NCBI GenBank assembly: GCA_964653725.1
Contig: CAZZHK010000007.1
Span: forward strand, 35,629-99,628
Reading direction: 5' to 3'
Source: an uncultured Planctomycetales bacterium
GTDB taxonomy: Bacteria; Planctomycetota; UBA1135; CAZZHK01
Length of the DNA: 64,000 bases
Shown: positions 13,889-23,710 of the stretch, piece by piece
Layout of the letters: every line of letters starts with the position of its first letter
Position numbering within the stretch: position 1 is the first letter of the stretch
Notes under the pieces: generated by a model
Told to the model about the DNA's origin: nothing
The model's input: only the letters and a program-made list of their open reading frames with translations
The model's database searches: none
Program-made: the position numbers and the translations under genes

Positions 13889-16206
13889 TGGACACGAGCG
13901 TCGCCCGCCACCTGGTGTTCCGCGACCTGCCGCCTGGGTGGGTGGTGGCCCTGGTGGCCGTGCCCCTGCTGCTGGCCTTCCTGCGCATCGTGTACGGCTC
14001 CGGCCCGGGCCCTCGGCGCACGCTGGCCTGGCTGCGGGCGGCTGCCCTGATCGCGCTGGGGCTGGTCCTGGCTCGGCCCGCCTGGGAGACGGTGCATTCG
14101 GTCACCCGACGCACGCCTTTGATCGTGCTGCTGGACGACTCGGCCTCCATGCGCAGGCGTGACGCCTACAGCGACGAGGAGAGGGAGGCCCTGGCAAAAG
14201 CCGCACAACTGGCCGGACCGGCGGCGGTGCCCGGCACCACGAGGGCGGGACTGGTTGCGGGCGTCGTCGACGGCGGCCTGCTGGACGGCGCCGCACAGGG
14301 AGCCGATGTGCGCCTGTTCGCGTTCTCGAACCGGACCCGCAGCATCGGACGGGCATCGGAGGCCACCGGCAGCGGTGACGCGACCGCCCTGGGGGACGCC
14401 ATCCGTTCCGCCGTGGGCCAGCACCGCGGCCGCTTCCCGGCCGCCATCGTGGTGCTCACCGACGGGCGCAGCACCGCCGGCTCCGATCCGGTCGACGCGG
14501 CCCGCGCGGCAGCGGCCGCCCAGGTGCCGGTCCATGTGATCGGCGTGGGCGACGCCCGGGTGCCCGACAACTGGGAGGTCCACGTTGTGGAGGCCCCCGA
14601 CGTGGTCCTGGAGCGCGACGAGGTCCTGATCACCGTCCGTGTGACCGCCTCGGGCCGCGGCGGCAGCGCCCCGATCGTCCTGGAGAGGGTCGCCACCGGC
14701 GAGGTCCTGGACGAGGACCAGGTCCGGATCGAGGGCGGCCAGGACAGCCGCGTCACGCTGTCCTACACGCCGATCGGCGCCGGCGAGGAGCGGCTTCGCG
14801 TCCGCATTCCGCCGCAGCCCGACGAGACCCTCACCGACGACAACGAGGATCTGGTCACCCTGCGCGTTCGCCCTGAGCGGATCCGTGTGCTCTATGTGGA
14901 GAACGCGCCCCGTTGGGAATACCGCTACCTGCGCGGAATCCTGCTGCGCGCCGACCAGAACCTCCGGGCCCACTGCTTCCTGCTCGAGGCTACGCGCGAC
15001 TTCATCCAGGAGGCGACGCCCGGTCTGACACCGCTGGAGCGCGTCCCCACCACCACCTCCGCCCTGATGGACGCCTTCGACGTGGTGATCCTGGGCGACG
15101 TCGATCCCTACCATCCGCGCCTGGCCCGGACCCCCGCCGAGGCGGCCCGCTTCCTTGAGGCCCTCGAGGGATTCGTCGAGGGCGGCGGCGGGCTGCTGGT
15201 CGTCGCCGGGCCCGAAAACGCGCCGCATGCCTACGCGGGCACGCCTCTGGCGCGTCTGCTGCCGGTGGATCTGGGACCGGCCGAAGAGGACCTCGGCGGC
15301 GTCGGCGCCTTCGTCCCGCGGCTGGGCAATGCCCTCGCCCCGCACGAGTCGGTCCGTCTGGTGCCCGACGCGGAGGCCAACCGGGCCCTGTGGACGGACG
15401 GACCTGGCGGTCTTGCAGCCTTCGAGTGGTACGCCCGGGTGGCCAAGCCCAAGCCGGGCGCGGTGGTCGCGCTGCGCCACCCCGAGGACTCCAACCGCTA
15501 CGGACCGCGCCCGATCCTGGCTTTCACAAGGGTGCCCGACGGCCGCACAGGCTTTCTCGCCACCGACGAGACCTGGCGGTGGCGCCTCGAGCACCCGCAG
15601 TTCCAGGAGCGCTTCTGGCGCCAGACGATCCGCTGGCTGGCCCTTGGCCGGCTGCGCCTGGCGGACCGTAGGCACCGCATCGAGACCGATCGCTCGCTCT
15701 ATGAGCTCGGGGAGCGCGTCGAGGTGACCGCGCGGATACTGGACCACGACTTCGCGCCGATCCGGGACGAATCAGCCACCGCATTCCTGGCCGGCCCCGA
15801 CGGTCGGCACGAGATCTCGCTGGACCGGGCGGGCGACGGCCTGTTCAAGGCCAACCTGGCAGCCGAGACCACAGGTCCGGCCACCGTGTTCCTGGCCGAG
15901 GGCGACGACCCCTCGAGCGAACGCGTCGCCGAGGCCGCCTTCGACGTGGTGCTCCCCCGGCGCGAGACCCGTGACCCGCGGCCCGACACAGCCACGATGG
16001 CGGCCATGGCCGACGCCGGGGGCGGGCTGTTCGTGCCTCTGGCGCGGGCCGGCGAGGTGGCGCGCCTTTTCGATGGGCTGCAACCGGTGCGCGAACGGCT
16101 GGCCGCGCGCCGCGAGGACATCTGGGACCGCGCATGGGTCCTGGTGCTGATCGTCTCCCTGTTGGCCGCCGAATGGGCGCTCCGCAAGCGTTCCCATCTG
16201 GTCTAG
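13888..16206 (+). CDS. Membrane VWA-domain protein with GATase1-like domain (BatB-like)
   Basis: N-terminal TM helices are followed by LLDDSASM (DxSxS) and FVEGGGGLLVVAG. A C-terminal TM helix is present (WVLVLIVSLLAAEWAL). The start overlaps the upstream stop by 1 nt. Confidence 0.75.
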   Translation: MDTSVARHLVFRDLPPGWVVALVAVPLLLAFLRIVYGSGPGPRRTLAWLRAAALIALGLVLARPAWETVHSVTRRTPLIVLLDDSASMRRRDAYSDEEREALAKAAQLAGPAAVPGTTRAGLVAGVVDGGLLDGAAQGADVRLFAFSNRTRSIGRASEATGSGDATALGDAIRSAVGQHRGRFPAAIVVLTDGRSTAGSDPVDAARAAAAAQVPVHVIGVGDARVPDNWEVHVVEAPDVVLERDEVLITVRVTASGRGGSAPIVLERVATGEVLDEDQVRIEGGQDSRVTLSYTPIGAGEERLRVRIPPQPDETLTDDNEDLVTLRVRPERIRVLYVENAPRWEYRYLRGILLRADQNLRAHCFLLEATRDFIQEATPGLTPLERVPTTTSALMDAFDVVILGDVDPYHPRLARTPAEAARFLEALEGFVEGGGGLLVVAGPENAPHAYAGTPLARLLPVDLGPAEEDLGGVGAFVPRLGNALAPHESVRLVPDAEANRALWTDGPGGLAAFEWYARVAKPKPGAVVALRHPEDSNRYGPRPILAFTRVPDGRTGFLATDETWRWRLEHPQFQERFWRQTIRWLALGRLRLADRRHRIETDRSLYELGERVEVTARILDHDFAPIRDESATAFLAGPDGRHEISLDRAGDGLFKANLAAETTGPATVFLAEGDDPSSERVAEAAFDVVLPRRETRDPRPDTATMAAMADAGGGLFVPLARAGEVARLFDGLQPVRERLAARREDIWDRAWVLVLIVSLLAAEWALRKRSHLV

Positions 16207-16230
16207 GTCCAGGTCCGTATCATCAGGGCA

Positions 16231-19200
16231 GTGACCCCGCTCCTGACCGTTCTTCTGCTGACCACGGCCGCTGCCGGGCTGCCGCCGCAGGGACCGCAGC
16301 AGGGCGCGCCCTTCTCGCTCAGTGATCCGATCTCGGTCGCCTTCCTGGCCCGGGATGTGGACCTGGCGCTGGCGGAGGACCGACCGGAGGAGGCCGCCCG
16401 GACCCTCCAGACCCTGATCGAGGACCACGCCGTCGACCTCATCCGGCCCGAAGGCTCGTCGACCTGGACTGGCGGCGCCGCATGGGCCCGCGCACGGCTC
16501 GATCCCGCCACGGCGTCCCAGGAACTGCTGGCCGCCTACGAACAGGCGTTCGGACCCAGGGCCGACGCAGCGCTGGCAGCCGCCGGCGCCAACGAGGACG
16601 CCTGGATGGACCTGGCCGGCCGCTGGCCCGGCACCCGGGCTGCGGCTACTGCCGTGCGCCGCCTGGCCGACCACGCGCTGGAGCGCGGCGACACCCAGAC
16701 CGCGCGGGCCTGGATCCGGCGGCAGGGCAACCCTGGCCCGCGCATGGCCTTGCTGGAAGCGATCGAAGCGGCGGCCTCAATGCCCGCTGACTGGGCCAGC
16801 GTCGCCGGCCCGGCTGACCCGGTCCCGCCCGCGCCCCTCCCGTCCGGTGATCCCGTCTGGTCAGTGGCCTATCCGAACAACCCGTTCCGCACCTACGACC
16901 GCGGCAGCCTGGATGCCGCCCTGGTCGTCGATGAAGGCCGCCTGTTCGGGACAGACACCGCAGGTGCCTTCTGCCTGGACCTGTTCACGGGCGACACGCT
17001 CTGGCGGTTCAAGGAAGCAGCCGAATGGGACGGACTCTCCTGGGGGGAGCGGCGCGACTACTTCGGCGCCGTCAACGACGACGGCATCCAGGGCGGTTCG
17101 GTGGGCCACGGCGTCTTCGTGGTGCCTCTCCAGGTGCCGCTCAAGATCGAGGAGGACGAGCGCTATCACGGCTACCAGATCCGCGCCGTCCTGCCGGTGC
17201 GCCGCCTGCACGCGTTCGACACCACCAGCGGGGACCTGCTGTGGACCCACTGGCGCCCGGCCACTGCACAGTTGGGGCTGGGGGGCCTCGAGGACACCAC
17301 GACCGTGGTCGCCCCGCCCATTGTCGACGGAGATCGGGTGATGGCGCTGCTGGCGCGCCTGCACGGCCAGATCTACCTGAATGCCGCAGCCTTCGATGCC
17401 GCCACCGGCGCGCTGATCTGGGCCACCCCCCTCGTGACCGGCATGAAGGAGGCCAACATGTTCGGCAACACGCTGGAGGAGTACGTGACGGCACCGCCCG
17501 TCCTCCACGACGGCGTTCTGCACATCAGCACCCACCTGGGCGTGATGTGCGCCGTCAACGCACTGGATGGCGCCTACCTGTGGGCCTACGCCTACGACAC
17601 GGTTCCCCTGCCCCAGAACCACGACTGGCGCGGGATCCCCCGGCGAACCCGCGTATGGCAGAACGGTCCCCCCGCGATCGCGGGAAGCCTGGTGGTGGCC
17701 GCCCCTCAGGACTCCGAGCAGGCCTATGCGCTGGACCGGCACACGGGACAACTGGCCTGGCGGCTTCACTACGACCGGATCGGGCCCGGTGTCCCGCCGA
17801 ACATGGTGCTGTCACGGCTGGTCGGTGCGAACGGTCGCACGGTGGTGTTTTCCGGCCCTGGCGGGACCGTCCTGGTCGATGCAGGACCCCCCATGCGGAT
17901 CGTCGATCACTGGCAGGACCGGGGCGGAGGGGCGCAGCGCGTGGACCGCGGCGTGGTCGGGGCCAACGCGGCCGTGGTGCCTGCGGAGCCCACTCTGCTG
18001 CGGTTCACGACCGGCGCCGGCCTGGACCTGGTCGAGACGAAACGTCACGGTGCGCTGGGCAATCTGGTCGCGGCGGACGGCGTACTTCTGTGCGCCACCT
18101 CGACCCGCATCCAGGCCTGGTTCGAGTGGGGACTGCGGGTCAAGGCGGCCCGACGCGACTTGGCGGCGGCCGGCCCGGACCAGGCCGCAGCGCGCAGCCT
18201 GGACCTGGTCAGGGTCCTGCTCCGCCATGCACAGACCTCCCCTCAGGCACGCGACGAGGTCGCGGAGGCACGGCGAATCCTGGATCGGCTGGACGAGCGA
18301 GGCCCGCTTCGCGGTCGGACCGCCAGAGCCGCAGCGGACCTCGAGGAGCGTTCCGGCGACCGGTTGGCCTCCGCCGCGGCACTCCGTTGGGGCCTGACCA
18401 CCACCGATGCATCCGAGAGCGTCAGGCTGCTCGGCCGCCTGGTCGAGGTGGATCCAGGCCGCGCCGACACCCACCTGGCCGAGCTGCTCCGCAAACATCC
18501 CGACCGGACGATCCAGGACCAGCGCTTCGGGACAATCCCGGTGCCGGTCTGGACGCTGGTGCAGCGCATCGCGCAGGCCGAGATGCGCGAGCGCGGCCCC
18601 GTCGCCATCGCACGGCTGCACGAACTGCGGGAGTTGCGGGACAGCGGGACGATCGAGGGAGTCGACAGCGACATCTGGATCCTGGCCCGGGAAACGGCAT
18701 TGCTCGACCGGTACGGCCCCGTCTCCCACCGGTCCCAGGAGAAGGAGGCCGGCGACCTGCTTGCCCGGGCCGTCGAGACTGACGACGCAGGCCTGCTGGA
18801 TCAGGTGATGGACAGGTTCCCATTGACGAAGGCCGCTCGTGGAGCGCAGGCCGCACACCTCAGGATGGCCTGGGAGTCCGGCGCCGCGGACCTGGTGGCG
18901 GCGGCCACACGGTCCCTGGCCTCCGGCGCGCCTGACCTGCTGCCCCCCGATCTGGGGGTCGCGCTCGAAGGAATGGCGCTGGCCTGGGAGAAGGGAGGAA
19001 ACGCTCGCCTGGCGGGTGCCCTGAGGGCCCGACCTGCAGCGGGCGGGGTCGACTCGCTCCGCTCCCGCACGCCCCCCCCCTTGCCGCCCCTGGCCGCCCC
19101 GCTCACTCCCCACACTGCGCGGCGCATCGCGCGCTCGCCGGTGGCGGTCCTGGAGCCAACCGGCGACCCGATGCCGGACGGGACACTTCTGCTGGCCGCC

Positions 19201-20400
19201 GCGAACACGCTGTCCCTGCGCAGCCTGACGCCCGACGGCGCCACGAGGGTCCACTGGCAGGCCAGCGTGCCGGGAGTGACGTCCTCCGTTCGCGATCCCT
19301 CCTCCTCGGTGCAGCTCCAGGACGGGCGTCTGACTGTCATGACCGACCACGACATGATCTGCGTGGACATCGACAAGGGCCGCCGGCTCTGGCGCCGCGA
19401 TCTGCCCGACCAGCCCTCACATGTGATCCACGCGGAAGGGCTCATGGTTGTCGTCTCGCCGATCGGCGATGGCCAGGCGGAGATCTCCGCCTACGACACC
19501 TATCTGGGCCATGAGCTGTGGAGAAGGCGCGCCCCGGGCGGCATCCCCGCCGCGGTCGGCGCAGGTTCCGGCCGTCTGGTCATCGTGCCGCCCGTGGGCG
19601 AGGACATCGCGCTGTGGGACCTGCACCTCGGCTGCGACCGAGGCACGCTGACGGTGCCGGGCCTGGGAACACCTCGCCCCCGCACGATCCTGATCCGGGA
19701 TGCCATCCTGATCCTGCCGAGGTGGACCCATGTCAGCGGCACGCACACACGCCTGCAGGCCTTCGATCTGGACCGGGGGGTCGAGTCGTGGGAAATCGAA
19801 TGGGAGAAGGGTCTGGCCCTGTGGGGCATGTTCGACCTGGACGACCGGGGTCTGGTTGCGGTGGTCCTGCCTCGTCCGATGCAGCGCGCCGGCCCGGCGG
19901 TGGGCGGTGGCCTGCACCTGGTGGACCCCCTGTCCGGCCAGTCCCGGCGCTTGGCCGGGGCACCCCCGGGCACCGAGGTCCTGGGCCTGCCCATGGGATC
20001 GGTCGTGGCGTGGACGGGACCGGACCTCTATTTGCTGGATCCAGGGACCGACGGCTTCTACCGCCTGCGCCAGGTCCCCCTGAAGCCTGCAGCCGGACCC
20101 AGCGGGTGGATCCGCCGGCTGCCGGTGCCCATCGGGCTGCTGCACACGCAGGGCGGGGCCCTGGCTCAACCCGTCCGGGGGCGGGACGTCGTCGTGCCGT
20201 TGATCAGGTACCGGCCAGACAAGACCGCCCCCCTGCTCCTGGGCGGCTGGGTGCTGGACCCGGCCACGGGCGACACGCTGGACAGCCCTTTCGAGATCCG
20301 GGCGCAGGGGTTCCTGACCCCCGGAACCGCCGTGCTGGCGGGGTACCTTGCCGTGGTCGTGGACCAGAAACTGCGCGTGTACGGGACCGGACAGGAATGA
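16231..20400 (+). CDS. 1389-aa secreted protein: helical/TPR-like segments alternating with two PQQ/BamB-like beta-propeller regions
   Basis: GTG start with a signal-like N-terminus (TPLLTVLLLTTAAAGLPPQ). Motifs of the type G.LLW / TGALIWA / DGAYLWAY / TGQLAWR / GRRLWRR / GHELWRR recur throughout, as in PQQ-like propeller blades. Confidence 0.75.
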   Translation: MTPLLTVLLLTTAAAGLPPQGPQQGAPFSLSDPISVAFLARDVDLALAEDRPEEAARTLQTLIEDHAVDLIRPEGSSTWTGGAAWARARLDPATASQELLAAYEQAFGPRADAALAAAGANEDAWMDLAGRWPGTRAAATAVRRLADHALERGDTQTARAWIRRQGNPGPRMALLEAIEAAASMPADWASVAGPADPVPPAPLPSGDPVWSVAYPNNPFRTYDRGSLDAALVVDEGRLFGTDTAGAFCLDLFTGDTLWRFKEAAEWDGLSWGERRDYFGAVNDDGIQGGSVGHGVFVVPLQVPLKIEEDERYHGYQIRAVLPVRRLHAFDTTSGDLLWTHWRPATAQLGLGGLEDTTTVVAPPIVDGDRVMALLARLHGQIYLNAAAFDAATGALIWATPLVTGMKEANMFGNTLEEYVTAPPVLHDGVLHISTHLGVMCAVNALDGAYLWAYAYDTVPLPQNHDWRGIPRRTRVWQNGPPAIAGSLVVAAPQDSEQAYALDRHTGQLAWRLHYDRIGPGVPPNMVLSRLVGANGRTVVFSGPGGTVLVDAGPPMRIVDHWQDRGGGAQRVDRGVVGANAAVVPAEPTLLRFTTGAGLDLVETKRHGALGNLVAADGVLLCATSTRIQAWFEWGLRVKAARRDLAAAGPDQAAARSLDLVRVLLRHAQTSPQARDEVAEARRILDRLDERGPLRGRTARAAADLEERSGDRLASAAALRWGLTTTDASESVRLLGRLVEVDPGRADTHLAELLRKHPDRTIQDQRFGTIPVPVWTLVQRIAQAEMRERGPVAIARLHELRELRDSGTIEGVDSDIWILARETALLDRYGPVSHRSQEKEAGDLLARAVETDDAGLLDQVMDRFPLTKAARGAQAAHLRMAWESGAADLVAAATRSLASGAPDLLPPDLGVALEGMALAWEKGGNARLAGALRARPAAGGVDSLRSRTPPPLPPLAAPLTPHTARRIARSPVAVLEPTGDPMPDGTLLLAAANTLSLRSLTPDGATRVHWQASVPGVTSSVRDPSSSVQLQDGRLTVMTDHDMICVDIDKGRRLWRRDLPDQPSHVIHAEGLMVVVSPIGDGQAEISAYDTYLGHELWRRRAPGGIPAAVGAGSGRLVIVPPVGEDIALWDLHLGCDRGTLTVPGLGTPRPRTILIRDAILILPRWTHVSGTHTRLQAFDLDRGVESWEIEWEKGLALWGMFDLDDRGLVAVVLPRPMQRAGPAVGGGLHLVDPLSGQSRRLAGAPPGTEVLGLPMGSVVAWTGPDLYLLDPGTDGFYRLRQVPLKPAAGPSGWIRRLPVPIGLLHTQGGALAQPVRGRDVVVPLIRYRPDKTAPLLLGGWVLDPATGDTLDSPFEIRAQGFLTPGTAVLAGYLAVVVDQKLRVYGTGQE

Positions 20401-21557
20401 GCGGACTCAGCCGTCGCGATTTCGTCCGACGCGCCATGCGCAGCAGCGCGGGGCTGTCGCTCTTGCCGATCCTGCCGGCCGGCGCACTCGCCCTCCAGGA
20501 TCCGGCCACCGAGTCGCGGCGGGGGGATGTGACGAAGGAGAGCCAGGCGGCGGCCGCCGCCGGGCTGAGGTGGCTGGCGGGCCGCGCGCGTCCGGACGGA
20601 TCCTGGGCCGCCTCGGTCGGATACAAGCTGAACACCGGCTACAACGTCACCGAGCAGGACGCCGGACACACCGGCATCACCGCGCTGGCCTGCATGGCCT
20701 ATCTGGCCGGCGGACACCTGCCGGGCCGGGGCCGCTGGGGCCGGGAGGTCGAGGACGGCCTGCGCTGGATCCTCGATCAGGTGCAGTCGGACGGCTACAT
20801 CACCGCGAACGGATCGCGCATGTACAGCCACGCCTTCGCCACGCTGGCGCTGGCCGAGGCCTACGGCATGGGCGGGCATCTGGACATCCGCGAGCGGCTG
20901 CAGCGCTCGGTGGACCTGATCGTCAAGTGCCAGAACCGCGAGGGAGGCTGGCGCTACCGGCCGTTCGCGGCCGACAGCGACATGTCCGTGACGGTCTGCC
21001 AGGTGATGGCCTTGCGAGCCGCGCGCAACATCGGCATCAACGTGCCGAAGGCCACCATCGAGCGGGCCAGCCGCTACGTGGGCAAGAGCGCCGTCCGCCA
21101 GGGCCCGCGCCTGCCGGCCATCGCGCTCCTGGCCGGCAAGCGGTCCAAGGGATCGTTCCTCTACCAGCCGGACGCGCGGTCACGCATCTCGTTCGCGATG
21201 ACCGCCGCAGGCGTGGCCGCCCTCCATGGCACAGGGAACTACAGCGCCGAGGACATCCGCCCCGGCCTCGATGCGCTGCACAGCGAACAGGACCTGTTCA
21301 GCCAGACCTGGGGGGTCCGCGAGGACGGTCACTATTTCTTCTACTACGGCCACTACTACGCGACCCAGGCGATGTACGTGGCCGGCGGCGACGACTGGGC
21401 GCGTTACTGGCCCAAGGTCCGCGACACCCTGCTGCGCATGCAGCGCGCCAACGGCTCGTGGCAGAATCGTGTGGGGCCGGGCGACGCCTTCGGCACCGCC
21501 GTCGCGTGCCTCATCCTCCAGCTTCCCTACCGCTACCTCCCCATCTTCCAGCGATGA
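20397..21557 (+). CDS. Tat-exported prenyltransferase / squalene-cyclase-repeat (alpha/alpha toroid) protein
   Basis: MSGLSRRDFVRRAM is a twin-arginine signal. QW-like repeats are present: DGSWAAS, REGGWRYRP and ANGSWQN. The start overlaps the upstream stop as ATGA. Confidence 0.8.
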   Translation: MSGLSRRDFVRRAMRSSAGLSLLPILPAGALALQDPATESRRGDVTKESQAAAAAGLRWLAGRARPDGSWAASVGYKLNTGYNVTEQDAGHTGITALACMAYLAGGHLPGRGRWGREVEDGLRWILDQVQSDGYITANGSRMYSHAFATLALAEAYGMGGHLDIRERLQRSVDLIVKCQNREGGWRYRPFAADSDMSVTVCQVMALRAARNIGINVPKATIERASRYVGKSAVRQGPRLPAIALLAGKRSKGSFLYQPDARSRISFAMTAAGVAALHGTGNYSAEDIRPGLDALHSEQDLFSQTWGVREDGHYFFYYGHYYATQAMYVAGGDDWARYWPKVRDTLLRMQRANGSWQNRVGPGDAFGTAVACLILQLPYRYLPIFQR

Positions 21558-23710
21558 GCGAAAGGGACCGGATCCTGGGACGAGTGGCGCAGCGGGCCCG
21601 GAGGGTCCTGTGCTTCCACGGCCTTTGCGTGACCACCGCCCTGGCCACTGCCTCGTGCCTGACCCTTTACGCCCTGGACCGCGGCTTCGACCTGCCCCGC
21701 GCGCTGCGTCTGACCCTGGCGCTGGCAGGGGTCGCGGCGACCATGGCCGTCCTGGCGCGGCGTGTCGGCCGGCCCTGGCTGCGCTCCTGGAACGCACGCG
21801 ACGCCGCGCTGGCCCTGGAGCGGCGATTCCCCCAACTGAATGACCGGCTGATCACCGCCGTGCAGCTGGAGGGGGACACGCCCCTCGTGGGCATCGTCGC
21901 GGCTGAGGCTGACGCCCTGCTGGCGGACCTGCCAATCCGGGAATCGGTGGACGGACGCACGACGATGCGCCCGGCGGGCGCCGCCGCCCTGGCCTGCAGC
22001 GTCATTCTGGCGGTGGCCTTCCTGGACCCGCATGGATTCCCCGTGTTCCTGCAGCGGGCACTCGGCGCCGAGACCCCCTGGCCTCGGCGCACATTCCTGG
22101 AGATCACCCTGCCCGGCTCGCGGGACGAGCTGCGCGTGGAGGCGACGGACGGTGGACGACGCGTGTTCCTTGCCAGGGGCAGCGACCTGCATGTCCGGGT
22201 GGGCTCCACGGGAACGGCGCCCGGCAGCGTGCGGCTGGTCGCCGGTGACGGCGCCGAGCGTCCCGCCGTCCGGACCGGCCCCGGCGAGTTCGCAGGCACC
22301 TGGCGCACGGTGACGGAGCCCTTCACCTTCTGGGCGGAGGGCGGCGACCACCCACCCGGTGCCCCGTCGATCCAGGTGGTGCCACTGGTTCCGGTCGAAG
22401 TCACGGACATCGCAGTCCATCTCGAATACCCGGCCTACATCGGCCTTCCTCCGCTCGACCAGCCCGGCGGAACCGTCGAGGCACCGATCGGCACCGTCGC
22501 AGAGGTCCGCGTGCAGGTCTCCGTCCCGACCTCGCAGGCCCACCTGCGGTTCCTGGAGTCGGGCGAGGAGTTCCCGCTGGAGTCGGGGCCGGACGGCGTG
22601 CTCAGCGCCTCGTTCCTGGTCGAGGCCAGCGACCGCTATGCGGTGAAGCTGGTGGGCCGCAACGGTCTCGGCAACCCTGCGCCCGGCTCCTGGCCGGTGC
22701 GCGCCCTGGAGGACCGTCGGCCGATGGTCCAGCTGATTCGACCGGCCCGAGCCGACGTGGACATCACTGCATCGGGGCGCCTGCCGCTTCGCGTCCGTGC
22801 TGTCGACGACTTCGGGCTGGCGACGGTGATGCTGGCCGCGGCCCCGCCCGGGTCTCCCGCCCGCGAAACGGCCCTCTGGACCGCAGGGGAAACCCTCGAA
22901 CGCGAAGCCCTGGTGCGTCTGCTCCTGGACGCCCAGGAATTGGGAGACGAGGTCATCGAGGGAGCGGTGTTCGACCTGGCGGTGCGCGCCGCAGACAACC
23001 GGGAGCCCAACGCCCAGCAGGCCACCACGCCGCCTGTCCGCATCCGGGTGGTATCGGCGGCCGAGCTGCTTCAGCGGATCGCGGATGACCTGCGCACGAT
23101 GCGGCGGGATGTGGAATCGTTGCGGAGGCTGCAGGAGGACCGGATGGACCGGGTGGACCGTGCATTGGACCTGGCGGAGTCCGGTGGCTGGAACCGGGAC
23201 GAAGCGGCAGGGGTGGCGGGCATCGCGCTGGGCCAGGAGCGCGTCGCAGGCAGTGCCGGACGACTGGCCGAAGGCCTCCTGGGCATCGTGGAGCGCTCGG
23301 CCTACAACGGGCTGGACCGTGAAGCGAACGCCATCGTCTCCGTGCTGGAGGGCGCAGCGGACGGTCGGACGGATGCCGCCCTGTTGGAGGCGGACAGGCA
23401 GGGCCTTCTCGGGGCCCCTGAATTCGCAGGACCGGTGGTCGAAATGCTGGCCCAGGCGGTCCGAATCAGGGACGACCTGGCAGTGGCTGCAGTGGCCGCC
23501 CTCGAGGAGGCCTCGCTGGAGCCGGAGCACCCGGCCGCGCTGCTGGGTCGCGCGCGCGCCGCACAGTCTGAAGTCCTGGCCGCCACCGGGAAACTGCTGC
23601 GCCTGCTGGCCAAGTGGGACGACTATCAGGCGCTGGTGGGGCGTCTGCGCGAGATCCTGGAGGGACAGCGGGCCCTGGAAGGCCGCACCCGGGAGGGCCT
23701 GGAGCAATGA
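21554..23710 (+). CDS. DUF4175-like membrane protein (two N-terminal TM helices plus a large periplasmic domain)
   Basis: ATGA overlap with the upstream gene. Two TM segments (LCFHGLCVTTALATASCLTLYAL and LTLALAGVAATMAVLA) are followed by AALALERRFPQLNDRLITAVQL, which is how I recall DUF4175 N-termini. Confidence 0.6.
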   Translation: MSERDRILGRVAQRARRVLCFHGLCVTTALATASCLTLYALDRGFDLPRALRLTLALAGVAATMAVLARRVGRPWLRSWNARDAALALERRFPQLNDRLITAVQLEGDTPLVGIVAAEADALLADLPIRESVDGRTTMRPAGAAALACSVILAVAFLDPHGFPVFLQRALGAETPWPRRTFLEITLPGSRDELRVEATDGGRRVFLARGSDLHVRVGSTGTAPGSVRLVAGDGAERPAVRTGPGEFAGTWRTVTEPFTFWAEGGDHPPGAPSIQVVPLVPVEVTDIAVHLEYPAYIGLPPLDQPGGTVEAPIGTVAEVRVQVSVPTSQAHLRFLESGEEFPLESGPDGVLSASFLVEASDRYAVKLVGRNGLGNPAPGSWPVRALEDRRPMVQLIRPARADVDITASGRLPLRVRAVDDFGLATVMLAAAPPGSPARETALWTAGETLEREALVRLLLDAQELGDEVIEGAVFDLAVRAADNREPNAQQATTPPVRIRVVSAAELLQRIADDLRTMRRDVESLRRLQEDRMDRVDRALDLAESGGWNRDEAAGVAGIALGQERVAGSAGRLAEGLLGIVERSAYNGLDREANAIVSVLEGAADGRTDAALLEADRQGLLGAPEFAGPVVEMLAQAVRIRDDLAVAAVAALEEASLEPEHPAALLGRARAAQSEVLAATGKLLRLLAKWDDYQALVGRLREILEGQRALEGRTREGLEQ

